Assembly: GCA_002269645.1 (NCBI GenBank)
Contig: NIVC01001546.1
Coordinates: 62,001 to 126,000, forward strand
Direction: 5' to 3'
From: Macrostomum lignano
Lineage: Eukaryota
Length of the DNA: 64,000 nt
Shown: positions 12,875 to 24,097 of the stretch, one piece after another
Numbering within the stretch: position 1 is the first letter of the stretch
How the letters are laid out: each line of letters starts with the position of its first letter
Translations under genes and position numbers: made by a program
Notes under the pieces: model-generated
What the model was told of the DNA's origin: nothing
The model's database searches: none
The model's input: the letters and a program-made list of their open reading frames with translations, nothing else

Positions 12875-13737
12875 TCACATTCTCTCAATGATCAATGTCA
12901 GTACAAACTCTTCACCGTTGAAATCAACACCCACCCCATTTCAGTCTCAAACTGTAGCACAATCTCGCGAATCTCCTTATTACTCAATAGAACTCTTTTC
13001 ACTGGATTTGGTTTCTCTACCAGCATCTGTCCTCCAGCTTTGTACATAGATTTTGTACAAAATATTCGTTCGCTTTCCCTTAAATACCCAATCAAGACTG
13101 AGATTACTTCTGATTAGAATATTCAAACCCTTTACAATGTCTGCAATATTGGGTGCTAAGAACAAACCGCTTACACTTTCCCGGGCCATGCTAACAGCCC
13201 CCGACGTTTGAGTGGCGGTCCGCGCCGCGGATTCTGCCTTAGAAAATTTTTCTTCTCGAATCCCAATTCCCTATACCAAGTGTTATCTTTAAACTCAACA
13301 TCCGCATCTTTGTGAACTTGCATGACTACTCTCATTACAGTGAGATCATAGGCTAGTTTGACAGGGAACAGTTTTTTCTTTGGCTTACTCAGATCAGGTG
13401 TCTCAAAATGGCATCTTTTAGTAAAAACGTTTTCTAGAAAGTAATTGTAGGTATCTACACTTTGCATGCTCACAGGGAATACCACAGGTTCTGCTGCTGC
13501 ACCTTTCCGTTTGTAATAAAACTTATTATTTGCTGCCGTCACATTAGGAACATTTGACCAACCAGTGAAGTCGTTAAGATAGACATGGTAATTAGCACCT
13601 GGATCCAAGAGAATTGCCTGCTCTAATTTTTGAATAAATATCCCGTTTGAGTCATTAATTCGCCCAGTTATTGTAATAGAAATGCTCTCCTTGGAGTGCG
13701 AAATAATATTATTTAGTCTTTCAGCAATCGCTTCCAT
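12875..13737 (-). pseudogene. Polinton/adintovirus minor capsid protein (penton, single jelly roll), three frameshifts
   Basis: AILLDPGANYHVYLNDFTGWSNVPNVTAANNKFYY; then after shifts APNIADIVKGLNILIRSNL, GGQMLVEKPNPVKRVLLSNKEIREIVLQFETE, GVGVDFNGEEFVLTLIIERM*; lies 19 bp downstream of the MCP stop. Confidence 0.85.
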
Positions 13738-13756
13738 TTTTTTCGCATAAAAATAT

Positions 13757-15043
13757 TTAAACTTTTCTGGATAAATTGTTGATCATGTTAAGCTTCACCT
13801 TCCTCTCAAATGCATAGATAATGTACAGGTCCACGGGTGTTGCGACAGTCCTCTCAATGTTAGTCACGATATTCACAGGGTTGTTATCAGTAGGCATTTG
13901 TCTGGCAGACACATCAGCGCCAAACATCGGATATAGAGTTCCATATTGAAGAGCAGTGATAGCAATTCCGTTGTTCTTTTTCACAGCCAAGTCGACCAAC
14001 TCGCTGTAAAATTTGCTAATCTTGTTCTGACTGAAATCTCCATTTTGTGGCAGTGCAGGGTAAAGATTATCACTGATTTCATGCTGAATGGACCGCACGT
14101 CTCCATGCACGTAGCGTATAATGCTATTTGGGTTTCTCATGTTAATAATAATATACCTTGGATTGCTGCATGATCCCTCTTTGATGCAGTTGTTTGTTCT
14201 AGTTTCGTTTCGCTCATCTCGACACATGTAGGCCGTGTATGCAACATCAATGTCCTTCTCTATTGCCTTGAGATAATCCGCTTTTAGTGCGGTCTTTGGC
14301 TCAATGACTTTCAAATACAGCTCGATTCCGGTTAGCTTCACCTCCATCCTTGTGTCGTCCGCCCCAGTCCACAACACTCTACTGCGATCATCTCTAGTCA
14401 TCTTAAAAGTGTAGCTAAAGTTACTAGTCAGTCGATTAAATGTATTACAGAACCCACTCATAAATCTCAGTGGTACAAATACATCAACAGACCGATGCAG
14501 CGGGTTTTTAGCAGCATCATCAGCACCTTGCAATGCATAGTTGTATCTCTTCTTCCTCTTTTTATAGCCACTGTCATTGATATTTCCTTCTTTTTCATCT
14601 GCAATAAAACCCGCACCACTTCCCAACTGAATAAAATCAGGATTCTCGATCAAACAATGAGCGTCATAGACAATTCCAAAGTTGGCGATTCGCTCCAACT
14701 CTGTGCTCCCATTCGATACACTAAACTCCTTGAACATGTACGTCAAAAAGTTACTGATCAGAGCCACATCCGCATCATGCTTGTCAACGTTAGCACGAGC
14801 CGCATCCGCGCAACCCTTTGTCTTGAATTGAAATGTCATATAGAAGCCGCTCTTAAGACTGTGCACACTAACCAAAGACGAACATCCATTGTATGTAAAT
14901 GTCAGTGTTTGGCCAGGACCAAGATCGGTTTCATTCTGATTTTCCTGACTGGGAACTCTTACCTGAGTCGCTTTGATTTTGCTATCATCACTCAAAATAG
15001 GCTTGTTAAGTTTGTAGAAAACTGGTGTCAGTGGGTCGTTCAT
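13757..15043 (-). CDS. Polinton/adintovirus major capsid protein (double jelly roll, PY/hexon-like), 428 aa, uninterrupted
   Basis: Motifs FVPLRFMSGFCNTFNRLTSNFSYTFKMTR, PRYIII, YPMFGADVSARQ match the Polinton MCP pattern (PL..FGFC..Y.K....L.L.R; PRYII; PLF.FDVS.Q); A-rich ATG context; penton adjacent. Confidence 0.9.
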   Translation of the reverse strand: MNDPLTPVFYKLNKPILSDDSKIKATQVRVPSQENQNETDLGPGQTLTFTYNGCSSLVSVHSLKSGFYMTFQFKTKGCADAARANVDKHDADVALISNFLTYMFKEFSVSNGSTELERIANFGIVYDAHCLIENPDFIQLGSGAGFIADEKEGNINDSGYKKRKKRYNYALQGADDAAKNPLHRSVDVFVPLRFMSGFCNTFNRLTSNFSYTFKMTRDDRSRVLWTGADDTRMEVKLTGIELYLKVIEPKTALKADYLKAIEKDIDVAYTAYMCRDERNETRTNNCIKEGSCSNPRYIIINMRNPNSIIRYVHGDVRSIQHEISDNLYPALPQNGDFSQNKISKFYSELVDLAVKKNNGIAITALQYGTLYPMFGADVSARQMPTDNNPVNIVTNIERTVATPVDLYIIYAFERKVKLNMINNLSRKV

Positions 15044-15073
15044 TTTTTAACTAAAAATAAAATAAAATCAGAA

Positions 15074-15180
15074 ATGAAGCGAAAAAGTACACAGCAGATA
15101 TCTGAATTGGAGAAGCTAGCACAAGGAGAGAAACGAGTTACCGGGCTAATAAATAAGGAGCAACAATCCTACAATAAGTT
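15074..15180 (+). pseudogene. 5' stub of an ORF divergent from the MCP, cut by a LINE insertion
   Basis: ATG 30 bp from the MCP ATG across an AT-only spacer; MKRKSTQQISELEKLAQGEKRVTGLINKEQQSYNK then an abrupt switch to GC-rich LINE sequence. Confidence 0.4.
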
Positions 15181-15199
15181 TGTCCAAGCAGCCACCGAA

Positions 15200-15740
15200 T
15201 TAATGGCCCGGATTGGTGGCCCGGAGGAACCGGATGAGCCGTGGGATGTTCTCGGGCCGGCAAACGTCGTCCTGGGACGGGTTGGACCCGAGGTGGTTGA
15301 GCCGGTCTTGGTTGAAGGCCGGGCAGTAGCAGACGAAGTGCTTAGCGTCTTCGTTCTCGAGGTTGCAGAAAGGGCAGAGTTCGCTCCGGCGGGCACTTCG
15401 GAGGAAACAGTGCCTGGCAAAGCAACCGTGACCTGTGAAGGTCATAGTGAGAGCGCGGATATCTTTTCGATTTTGGTTCAAAAGGATTCTCCGCAGCTTG
15501 AGGGACGGATTGGGCACTGCCGCACGAGATTGGCGGCAGTTGGAGATACCATCCCATCTGCGCAAGTGCAGGATGTCCGCCCAGTCGTTAATCTGACGAT
15601 TAATGACTGTGGCGGGGATGGGGGCCAGGGGCACGGGGCCAAGGGGCGAGCCGGAACAGCCCGCCTTAGCGAGGGAGTCGGCGAGCTCGTTACCTTTGAA
15701 GCCGGCGTGTCCTTGGATCCACGTAAGCAAACTCAAAAGT
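15200..15740 (-). pseudogene. 3' end of a non-LTR retrotransposon ORF2 (RNase H C-terminus plus CCHC finger; I/R1/LOA-like group)
   Basis: WIQGHAGFKGNELADSLAK (RNase H), TGHGCFARH, CPFCNLENEDAKHFVCYCPAF. Confidence 0.9.
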
Positions 15741-15747
15741 CAAAACT

Positions 15748-16228
15748 CAAAAGTTACGTGAGTTTCATGCGGTGAGCGCGTGAAACTTCCTTATTTGGGC
15801 ATTGAAATCATGCGAACGACGCGTGATTCAAGGCCAACTTCCAAATAAGGCAACCCGGTCACGCGGCAGTGGCGTGACTTAAGGTCAGTGGCCACGCACA
15901 GTGTGCGTGCACAGTCATGTGCTTTTCTGTGCTAAAAAAAAGAACTTGGGCGGATGAGTCATCCTGTTTACTCCCTCTAGGCAGCCATTACACTCCGCGC
16001 AGGTGATGAGTCATCCTACTACGCCTCGCAGCGCGAGTGGGAATACATTGAGTGTGGCTGCCCACGCCTGCTCAGGCGATGAGTCATCGGGCAGTAAACA
16101 CTTAGGCCCAGCACAGGGTATCTCTCTCACTAGATCAGGTGGACTGAGCTACTGTGCAGCGGACCACAGCACTCTTAGGGAAAGCTAGTAAATGCTGCTG
16201 AAAAGCTAGTTAGCAGCTAGTCACTGCA
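15748..16228 (-). repeat. Truncated copy of the LTR-like repeat at 27289-27766
   Basis: About 480 bp colinear and highly similar to 27289-27766; minus-strand start TGCAGTGAC; three GATGAGTCATC motifs. Confidence 0.9.
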
Positions 16229-16239
16229 CTTGGAAACCA

Positions 16240-17000
16240 TGTTCGATGATGCTCTTCTTGATCACGAGAACGAAATGACTGATCAGTTCGCCTTAATTCA
16301 TTTCTTTCTGGAAATACAATGCTTTTAGATGCTTCACTGTGTTGCCCTCGAGTGGTGCAACGATCACATGAAAAATACCCGGTTACGCCAGTAGTATTTT
16401 TCACAAACTTCTTAGCTAGCATGTCACAAATAATCCATTTTTAGCTATGCTTAGCTGATAACCATCAATGCTAAGTGGCTCATCGCTGATAACAAGTAGT
16501 TCCTGGCAGAGTTGTTTCAAAAATTCATTTGAAGAGTCAGGTTTGTTGCTTCCATAATAAATACCAATAATGAAGACAGAGTTTGGCACTTCATTAATAG
16601 CACCTAAAATAGTCCATAGTCCAGAAACAGAACTTTGGAAAAGGGGTACTCCATCAATGTTTAATGACAGTAAATTCTTGAGCAGTTTGAAAGTTCGATT
16701 GTCCTTTAATAGTTGAAAAAATAGACTTGATTCCTTTGATAACTCCAAAATGGCAATATTTGCCTGGAAGAATGTCAACAAAATTGAAAAGTTCCTTATT
16801 GTCTAAAGAAGGCTTGAGTCATGTTTTTCCAGTAGCAGGCAAACTTGGAATACGTTTCTTCAGAATCTAACAATGAAGTCAAATCATCTAGCTTAATATT
16901 GCATGTTGTAGCCCAATCCTGAATTTCTTTTTGAATAGCCAAGTCTTCACTTAATTGCTCATAGGAAAAGTTTGAAATGCTTGAAAGAGATCCATTACAA
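16240..17000 (-). pseudogene. EnSpm/CACTA-like (Transposase_21-type) transposase fragment
   Basis: LNIDGVPLFQSSVSGLWTILGAI, IYYGSNKP, (C)DMLAKKFVKNTTGVTGYFSCDRC, RTDQSFRSRDQEEHH; frameshifted. Confidence 0.85.
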
Positions 17001-17634
17001 CTACTAGTAATACTAGAATTATTGGAACTATTGCTAGTCTCTGTGGCACAGTCAACAGTTTCAGGCTCCTCTTGATTTTGGCTTGAAACAAAGTGCTGTA
17101 TAGAGTTTAAAGCTTGAATTTAATGGTTGTGGCTTATGTTGAAAGGACAGTTTGTCAAATAATTATTAGAAGCCTCATCAGAAAAAAACACTTTGTGAGG
17201 AATCTTTATTTTGAATTATAAAGAACCGGTTCACCTGGCGAGCTTCCCAACGCCAGGAAGATATTTTTTACTTTAAATTTTCTTCAAGTCAAATATCTAG
17301 CTGAAAAGCATTATTAAATTATATTATCAATTGATCTAATATTCATATTTTATTATTAATTATTAAAAATAAATTTGATTATTTCAATTTTTAAAGATAA
17401 GTCAAAATGAGAAATTAATCAAGACAAAAATTTAATTTAAGTCTAATTATAAGTATAAATGAGTTTTATATTTACAGAATTTATTAGCAATAATAATTAT
17501 GGCTAGAGTTCCGGCACCGGAACCCATTTTCTAATATACTCAGCAACAGTCAAAAGTTCCACCCCACTAAGCGAGATGATTTTTTTCACTTATTGCAAGT
17601 GACGCAACCTACGGCACGCACAAAGCTTATTGCC

Positions 17635-17705
17635 GCTTGGGGGTGGCTTGGGTCTGCTTAATGGTCCAGGCCTGGACATTTAGCAGACCCAAGCCCACAC
17701 CAAGC
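17635..17705. repeat. Near-perfect fold-back palindrome
   Basis: GCTTGGGTCTGCT-TAATG-GTCCAGG|CCTGGAC-ATTTA-GCAGACCCAAGC, with further imperfect outer arms. Confidence 0.85.
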
Positions 17706-17734
17706 TCCGCCACACCAAGCCGATGCTGTTAGTC

Positions 17735-17995
17735 AACTGAAGGAACAGCTACAGCTGCGCACTCTGCGCTGGCCTTCCCGGTCCCCAGACATGAATCCCA
17801 TCGAGCATGTCTGGGACTTCCTAAAACGTAGCATTCGAAAAGAGAATCCACCATAGAATGTTGCGGAGAGCTCTGCGTCATGCCATTGAAAACGCTTCGG
17901 AGCGGCTTCCCCAGGACTTTCTGCGCCGCCTCATCATTGGGATGCCCCGCAGAGTCGTCGCACTTCTGCTTGCGAGGGGATCCCACACGCATACC
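17735..17995 (+). pseudogene. Tc1-family transposase C-terminal fragment
   Basis: LRWPSRSPDMNPIEHVWDFLKRSIR ... LPQDFLRRLIIGMPRRVVAL. Confidence 0.88.
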
Positions 17996-19730
17996 AAACG
18001 CATTTTTGTGGTGCGCATGTAAATGACGCACATCTTAAAAACCTTTTCAAAAAGTATACACGAGCATACTTTGATTGCAAGAGAAGAGAAGATATATGCG
18101 ATCTTGTACTTTCAAGACACTGTGAAAAAAATTTCTGGATCTACAGCTAGTATACTTTCACAATGGATACGCGCTTTGCTTAATCAGCTGAAAACCTTGT
18201 GGAGGGTGACTCTAGAAACAGTGGCCACTTGTGAAGATGATTTTTTAAAATTAAAAAAGTACAATAAACATTGACGCAACTATAGCAATAAAATCACTAC
18301 ACGTATGAGAATGGCTGTAAACGCAACATCACAAAATGCGTGAAACGCAAGAAAAAATCCCTGATTGTGCTCTCATTCTCTCTGGTTTCCCCATTGTTTC
18401 TATTGCTTTTTACTTTCACAGATTTTCACTGACCGCGGTCACCATGAGAATAGCAGTTATGTATATGTAAAGAAGCAAAAATGAAGAACAAAAAACAGCA
18501 AAAACTAAACAAAAAAGCAATTAGTGCGTGGCTAAATTCGTGATAAATTGTAAATTGAGAATTGTAAATTCGTGATAACGATATGAGGCAAAAAGTTGTT
18601 AGTAAAAAATCGATTGTCTCACAATTCTATCATATTGATAAGTTCTCCATCGATTTGGCTAAAGCACGTCGTGAAACTGTCGTTTGTTCGCGTTGGGGAA
18701 CTGCTGCCCATTTGTGTATGCAGCAGTCGAGGATGTTTGGGCTTTGCCGACTCGCAGTAGTTGGCCTGGGCCATCAGGGATGCTGCAGCAGAAGCTCACG
18801 CTGCAGCCTAAAAGCAAAAATATGATTCTTTATTCAAAAAGTTGAGTTGTCATTTTTAAGCTTTTGTAAATAAAATTTAAATTTCCTATTTAAATTCCAA
18901 GAAGTACCTACCAAGGGCCAAGGCTACCATTTTTCCAAAAAGTTCAGTTCGTATTTGTATCGTAGTCATAGTCGTAAACTCATAGTATCGTATTCGTAAT
19001 CATATTCATATAGGTAGGTAGGTGAGCAGGTAGGCAGTTATCAGCTAATTACTTGTATTTCCATTGTCTGTTTGCCTGTTCTGTTGAGTGTTGTGTTGTC
19101 ACTTCACTTGTGTTCTGTTCTGTTGTCTTGTCTTGTTGTCTTACTGAATACTGACTGTGTACATGGCTCTTTACATTGAAGCTATGTAAAGGAACTAAAA
19201 ATTCAAATAAAAGAATCAATTGATTTGGTTCTTAATTCCTTACTGCTTCCAATGCCAAGTGCCTTACACTTAATGCTTCAGCTTTTCTTCTTTTTGCTTA
19301 CTGCCACTGCCAGCCACACTGCCGCAGTGCCTGCTTGCCTACCTCACTGCCTGTTAGTGTCACTGTCACTGGCACACACACAGTACTTGTGCCACAGTGA
19401 CATTGAATTTGAACTATTGAGTATATTGATATTTGAGTATTAAGACTTGTAATGTAACTCTTATCTATTCTTAAGTCTTAGCTAATGTATTAAATAATAA
19501 TAATATTTATTATATATTTAATATATTATTTGATATTTAATATATTTATATATTTATTATATATTTAATAGTAATCGGCATATGCTAAAAGTATTAAGAT
19601 TTATTATGATGATATTTTTCCAATTATTGAGCTGTCCTAAAGATCTTGTCCCGAATTCCCGAGGCCCGACCCGGGCCTTTTGCCGTCCCGGTCGCCCCCT
19701 AGTCGGAAGCGCCTCCCGCATAACGTTTTA

Positions 19731-19791
19731 ACGTATCGGGACGTCACAGAAACGTCTCATATAGGCGTTTTGTGTCACGTTGCCGATACGT
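19731..19791. repeat. Imperfect hairpin
   Basis: ACGTATCGGGACGTCACAGAAACGTCT-CATAT-AGGCGTTTTGTGTCACGTTGCCGATACGT. Confidence 0.7.
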
Positions 19792-20375
19792 AATTTTTTA
19801 CGGCTCGTAGGTGACCATTACGTCCCCGGCAACGTTTTTAAACTACGTTTCTAATTGGTCTAAATTATACGTACCGATAACGTAAGGATTAGACGCTCTG
19901 ACGCATGTATTTGATGTATTAATGTATGCACTTGGGTGCAATCTACCATTCCTGCTTTTTTTCCGACTGCGTAACTGATTAAGAAATCATTCTATATACT
20001 CAATCAACGTAACGTAACCTCGGCTTCTATAGAATATATGGGCCCACTAAAAATATAAAACTCCAATTATAAAATATAATCCACCAGTGCAAATTAATTC
20101 AGAAATAAAAATAACCAATTTGTTTACGTTTAGATTTAATAAGCAGAAAAAAGTTCAACAAAAAGCAGTCAGAAATTTTTTCGGGGGGGGGGGCATCTCA
20201 GCACCCACCTAGAGGAGGGGTATAGGAGAGCAGGTTTTTTAATTCTCCGGAATCTTAGGTGGAGGGGCAATTTTTTCAGGAATTTTTTTCTTTGGGGGGG
20301 GGGGGTAAATTTCATACCCAGGCCCCCTGCCCCCCTGACTGCGCCACTGACAAAAAGACAGTTTACACTTGTATA

Positions 20376-20554
20376 TTAGGACGCATTCACAAGAAATAAT
20401 TAAAAGCATTGGGCCGCATTCACAAAGAAATAAAAGCATTAGGGCGCATTCACAAAGAAATAATTGGAAGCATTAGGGCGCATTCACAAAGAAATATTAA
20501 AAGCATTAGGGCGCATTCACAAAGAAATAATTAGAAGCATTAGGGCGCATTCAC
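20376..20554. repeat. Minisatellite, about 33-bp unit, six copies
   Basis: CATTAGGGCGCATTCACAAAGAAATAATT(A/G)(A/G)AAG repeated head to tail without unique spacers. Confidence 0.92.
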
Positions 20555-21049
20555 CATCAAGTAAAATCAACAAGGAAAGTACGAGTAATTGAGAATATTT
20601 CATTGACGAGATCTTTGTATCCAGAATAGTAATACGTCCCTGACTGATTTTGAATTATGGATTATGCAAATTAAATAATTGTATGTTGTACTTAATTGCA
20701 AGCTTTTTATCTGGATAAAAAATTGGCTTTCAGTTACTCATCGGAATAAATTTTCTGACACCAACAAGTGACAGTAACGAACGCAACGCAAAGGGCATTT
20801 AAATTAATCACTTTCACCGTCGGCATCTAAATCTAAATCTAAATCTAAATTTCATCTAAATCTAAGTTACTCGGCCCAGCTTGATCCTCATCGTGAGTGT
20901 CGCTGTTACTAAGGCTCGCATTGTTGTTAGTACTAGGATCGGCCAAGACTGCCGCAGAATTGGGGTCAGTGATTTGGTTTTGAACCGCTCTATTACTTGT
21001 TGATTGCGCTTTCTTTGTCATCCTTTTAAGAATTTCGCCAATAAAAGAG

Positions 21050-21625
21050 AACGGCCTGTTTCGCTTAGATAAGTTTTTAGGCAACTGACGCTTCAGTCCC
21101 TTGTTGCTGTGAACGACGTCTACAAAAATTCAGCGTATGATATTTAAGAGATATGAAAGTGATAATTTGTGGATTTTTGGTGTGAGTTTATTCCGATGTG
21201 GGTTGTACTCACTAGAGATGCACTGGGCTAAAGATTCAGGAAGCGGCTTCTTTGATCCACGCCCTTCGATGTTAAAATGTTGAAGCGTTTTTGCGTTTGC
21301 TGTCTACAGCAGCATTGCTGTAACAGCCTCGGAAAAGACGATGCAGTTTGCAGATCGCTTGAAGCAGTAGCTCAGCTAAGATATAATTGATGGAGTTTGT
21401 AATGCAAAAGTACAGTAACAAGGTTAAATTACGTAATCTAATCTTACATAGGCCGACTTTAAATCGGTATCGCCTTCCAGCTTTACACCGAATTCTAGCA
21501 GCCCGTCAACGGTCTTTAAAGGGAGAGTGACGAGCAAATCGTCTCTTTCTGTCAAAATTTCACGATGGTTAGCGAGGGCGGCACATGTTTCTTCTAGAGC
21601 AAGGATATGCTCAAGGATAAGCTTC
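21050..21625 (-). pseudogene. Spliced remnant of an EnSpm-associated accessory gene (DUF4806-like)
   Basis: LILEHILALEETCAAL...LPLKTVDGLLEFGVKLEGDTDLKSAY|gtaag; next exon contains LQHFNIEGRGSKKPLP. Confidence 0.45.
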
Positions 21626-21659
21626 GTTCAGTCTAAAATAGCAGCAATTTTTGACGCTA

Positions 21660-21915
21660 GTGTACACTTGGGAGTCTAAAAGTTCATTGATTGAGAGGTT
21701 CAATCGTACTCTCACAAATAAATTCTGGTTTGAATTCGATCTACAGGGTAATCAGAAATGGCTCCATATGATACCAACTATTGTTAATAAGTACCACACA
21801 ATCGATTGTAAGATTCTCATAACTCCTTCAGAGGCTTCATAAACTAAATTTACAAAGTGCTGACCGCAGAGCAACTGGAGGGAACACAAAGCCCAAATTT
21901 TTGCTGCCCGGCAAT
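21660..21915 (+). pseudogene. Polinton/Maverick retroviral-type integrase, C-terminal core fragment
   Basis: SLIERFNRTLTNKFWFEFDLQGNQKWLHMIPTIVNKYH...ITPSEAS followed by KPKF; matches the Maverick INT pattern ERFNRTLK..MW..F......W...L...V..YN...H..I..TP..A...KPKF. Confidence 0.8.
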
Positions 21916-22380
21916 CATCTGAACATTTAGCTGATGCCTAGGTACAAAAGCAAAGGAGCTTTTGGAGTGACCCACTCTGTGTGACCCATTCAGTATACTA
22001 AATGAACAATAAACTTAACCTCACATTCAAACAAGCGTTGTACAATGTATTCCACTTGCAGTAATACTTGCTCCAATTTAAGTAGCACACTCGAAAGCTA
22101 TCCAGATGGTCACGTAGGCCAAAGGCTGTAATTCGGCCATAAGAGAGTTGGACACCTTTAGGAGGCTGCTTACTGTCTCCTTGAGCCAGCCGAATACTTT
22201 TAAAGTCAGCAGCAATCGGTTGGTGTGTTTGGGGTACAATAATAATGTACATTAGGTAAATTTACTTAAGTAAATATGTTTTACATTATAATTTACTGTC
22301 AAATTTTCAAATAATTATCAACAAAGCCCATAAAACCAGTGCAAAAAACTCTTTTAACTATAGCTGCTTAAGTTCTTTGC

Positions 22381-22715
22381 TCTTCTTAGCTAACTGTCTA
22401 TGTCGAAAAGGCATAGCCGTGACAGCATGTGACTAAAAATGGTTACTTGTACATTCAATTCATTTATAATAAAAACTTGAATAATTTGATGATTTGCCTA
22501 CCACGTTTTTCAAAATTTTCTAAACATTCTGTGAAAAGAATTCACAGATTATTTGCTCTTCTTAGGTAACTGTCTGTCGAAAAGGCATAGCCGTGACAGC
22601 ATGTGACTAAAATCGGTTACTTGTACATTCAATTCATTTATAATAAAAACTTGAATAATTGGATGATTTGCCTACCACGGTTTTCAAAATTTTCTAAACA
22701 TTCAGTGAAAAAAAA
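22381..22715. repeat. Tandem duplication, about 176-bp period
   Basis: TCTTCTTAG-TAACTGTC...GAAAAGGCATAGCCGTGACAGCATG...TTTTCTAAACATTC starts at 22381 and 22557. Confidence 0.9.
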
Positions 22716-23569
22716 TTTCCTACCTTCTCTGCGCTCGGTCAATCAGATCCTGCATGTCGTTTTCATCAGCAGGTCGTACCTTGCACTTGTCGGTATTTCG
22801 ACGTGCCTTATGCTTCCTGAAGCTATTGGCAGTACCTGGAATGATAAGGTGGCAAAATGGGCAAACATAGCTACTGGCAACGTTGATGACGCTGCTGTCT
22901 GGCAGGTCTTGCGTGCTGCTGGCGTCTGGCGCGCTGTTAGCTGGCATGGTTGGCAGGCCTTGTGTGCTGCTGGCGTCTGGCGCCCTGTTGGCTGGCAGGT
23001 CTGGTGCGCCACTTTTGAAAGGGTTGATCTTTATAGGAATTTGGCTAATGGCCTGCTTCTCTAGTCGGGAATAATGCGAAAATAACGCACTATTAATGGC
23101 CATTATAATGCCATTTAGTGCGTTATAATGCATTGTAATAAATTAAATGCAAAAATAATGCGGATATAGTGGATGAAATAATGCGACTTGAATGGCAGAT
23201 AACGCATTTTTGTACAATGCATTAAAATGCATGCTCGAGTACATGTATTCTGCCGCCACTTCATTGGTATTACTCCTTTGGCTTTCTTATAATCTTTCTT
23301 ATAAGTCTTCTGATTTTTTATTTCTTTCCTGTTCTTTAGTTGCTGTACTGTTAAAATATAACATGAATATAAAATATTATTATAAGCACGATTTCTTAAT
23401 TGTTCTTTACTAATTTACTGTGACTTCTAATCTAAAAATGCGACCCTAGAATCTAATCTAAATGTCAAAAAATTGGAAAGACTTGAAAGCGATATTAGCA
23501 GTTGAAAAATTTTTTTCTTAGAAACGAAAATTAAAAAAGGTTATCAGTAAGAATTTATTGAAACGATTG

Positions 23570-23700
23570 AGTTACCGAACAAAAACTTAACTTCAATAAA
23601 GGTGAAAATTACACTAATTATAGCATTGAAACAAACAATTAAGTTACCGAACAAAAACGTAACTTCAATAAAGGTGAAAATTACACTAATTATAGCATTA
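23570..23700. repeat. Tandem duplication, 72-bp period
   Basis: AGTTACCGAACAAAAAC...ACACTAATTATAGCATT at 23570 and 23642. Confidence 0.9.
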
Positions 23701-24097
23701 TTTATAATTGCCAGTCTATCATGGAAATCTGATTTATTTCTGGAGTTTAATTTTTGTTTAAAAGTATACATAACAGTTCATAAATATTAGTTCATAAACG
23801 TTAGCCAAACAGTCTGAATGCCCTCTTGCGAGTACTAACCTTTTTAATAGGTGGCAACTATAAACTCTGCAACAGATTAATCATGCTCACACTCCTCCAA
23901 CAATGCAAAGTATGTAAAGTATATAGCTCATAATTGTCATAAGAGGTCATAAGAGGTCCACAAGTCCATAACAACAAAATCCGCTTCATAACTACAAGAC
24001 ACACTAAATACACATTGTCTAATGGAAATGCCAAAATCATATTTACTTTTAGTAAAATTATTAGTGGACTAATACCAGTATGATGATCTTCATCAGT

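Noticed and set aside
14495-15775. 426-aa plus-strand ORF
   Set aside because: Antisense shadow of the MCP and LINE RNase H frames, stitched across an insertion junction; only the short stretch from ATG 15074 may be real.
20376-20554. CRISPR-like array of about 33-bp repeats
   Set aside because: Units are head to tail with no unique spacers, no cas genes, eukaryotic context; it is a minisatellite. The same applies to the 24-bp and 25-bp arrays.
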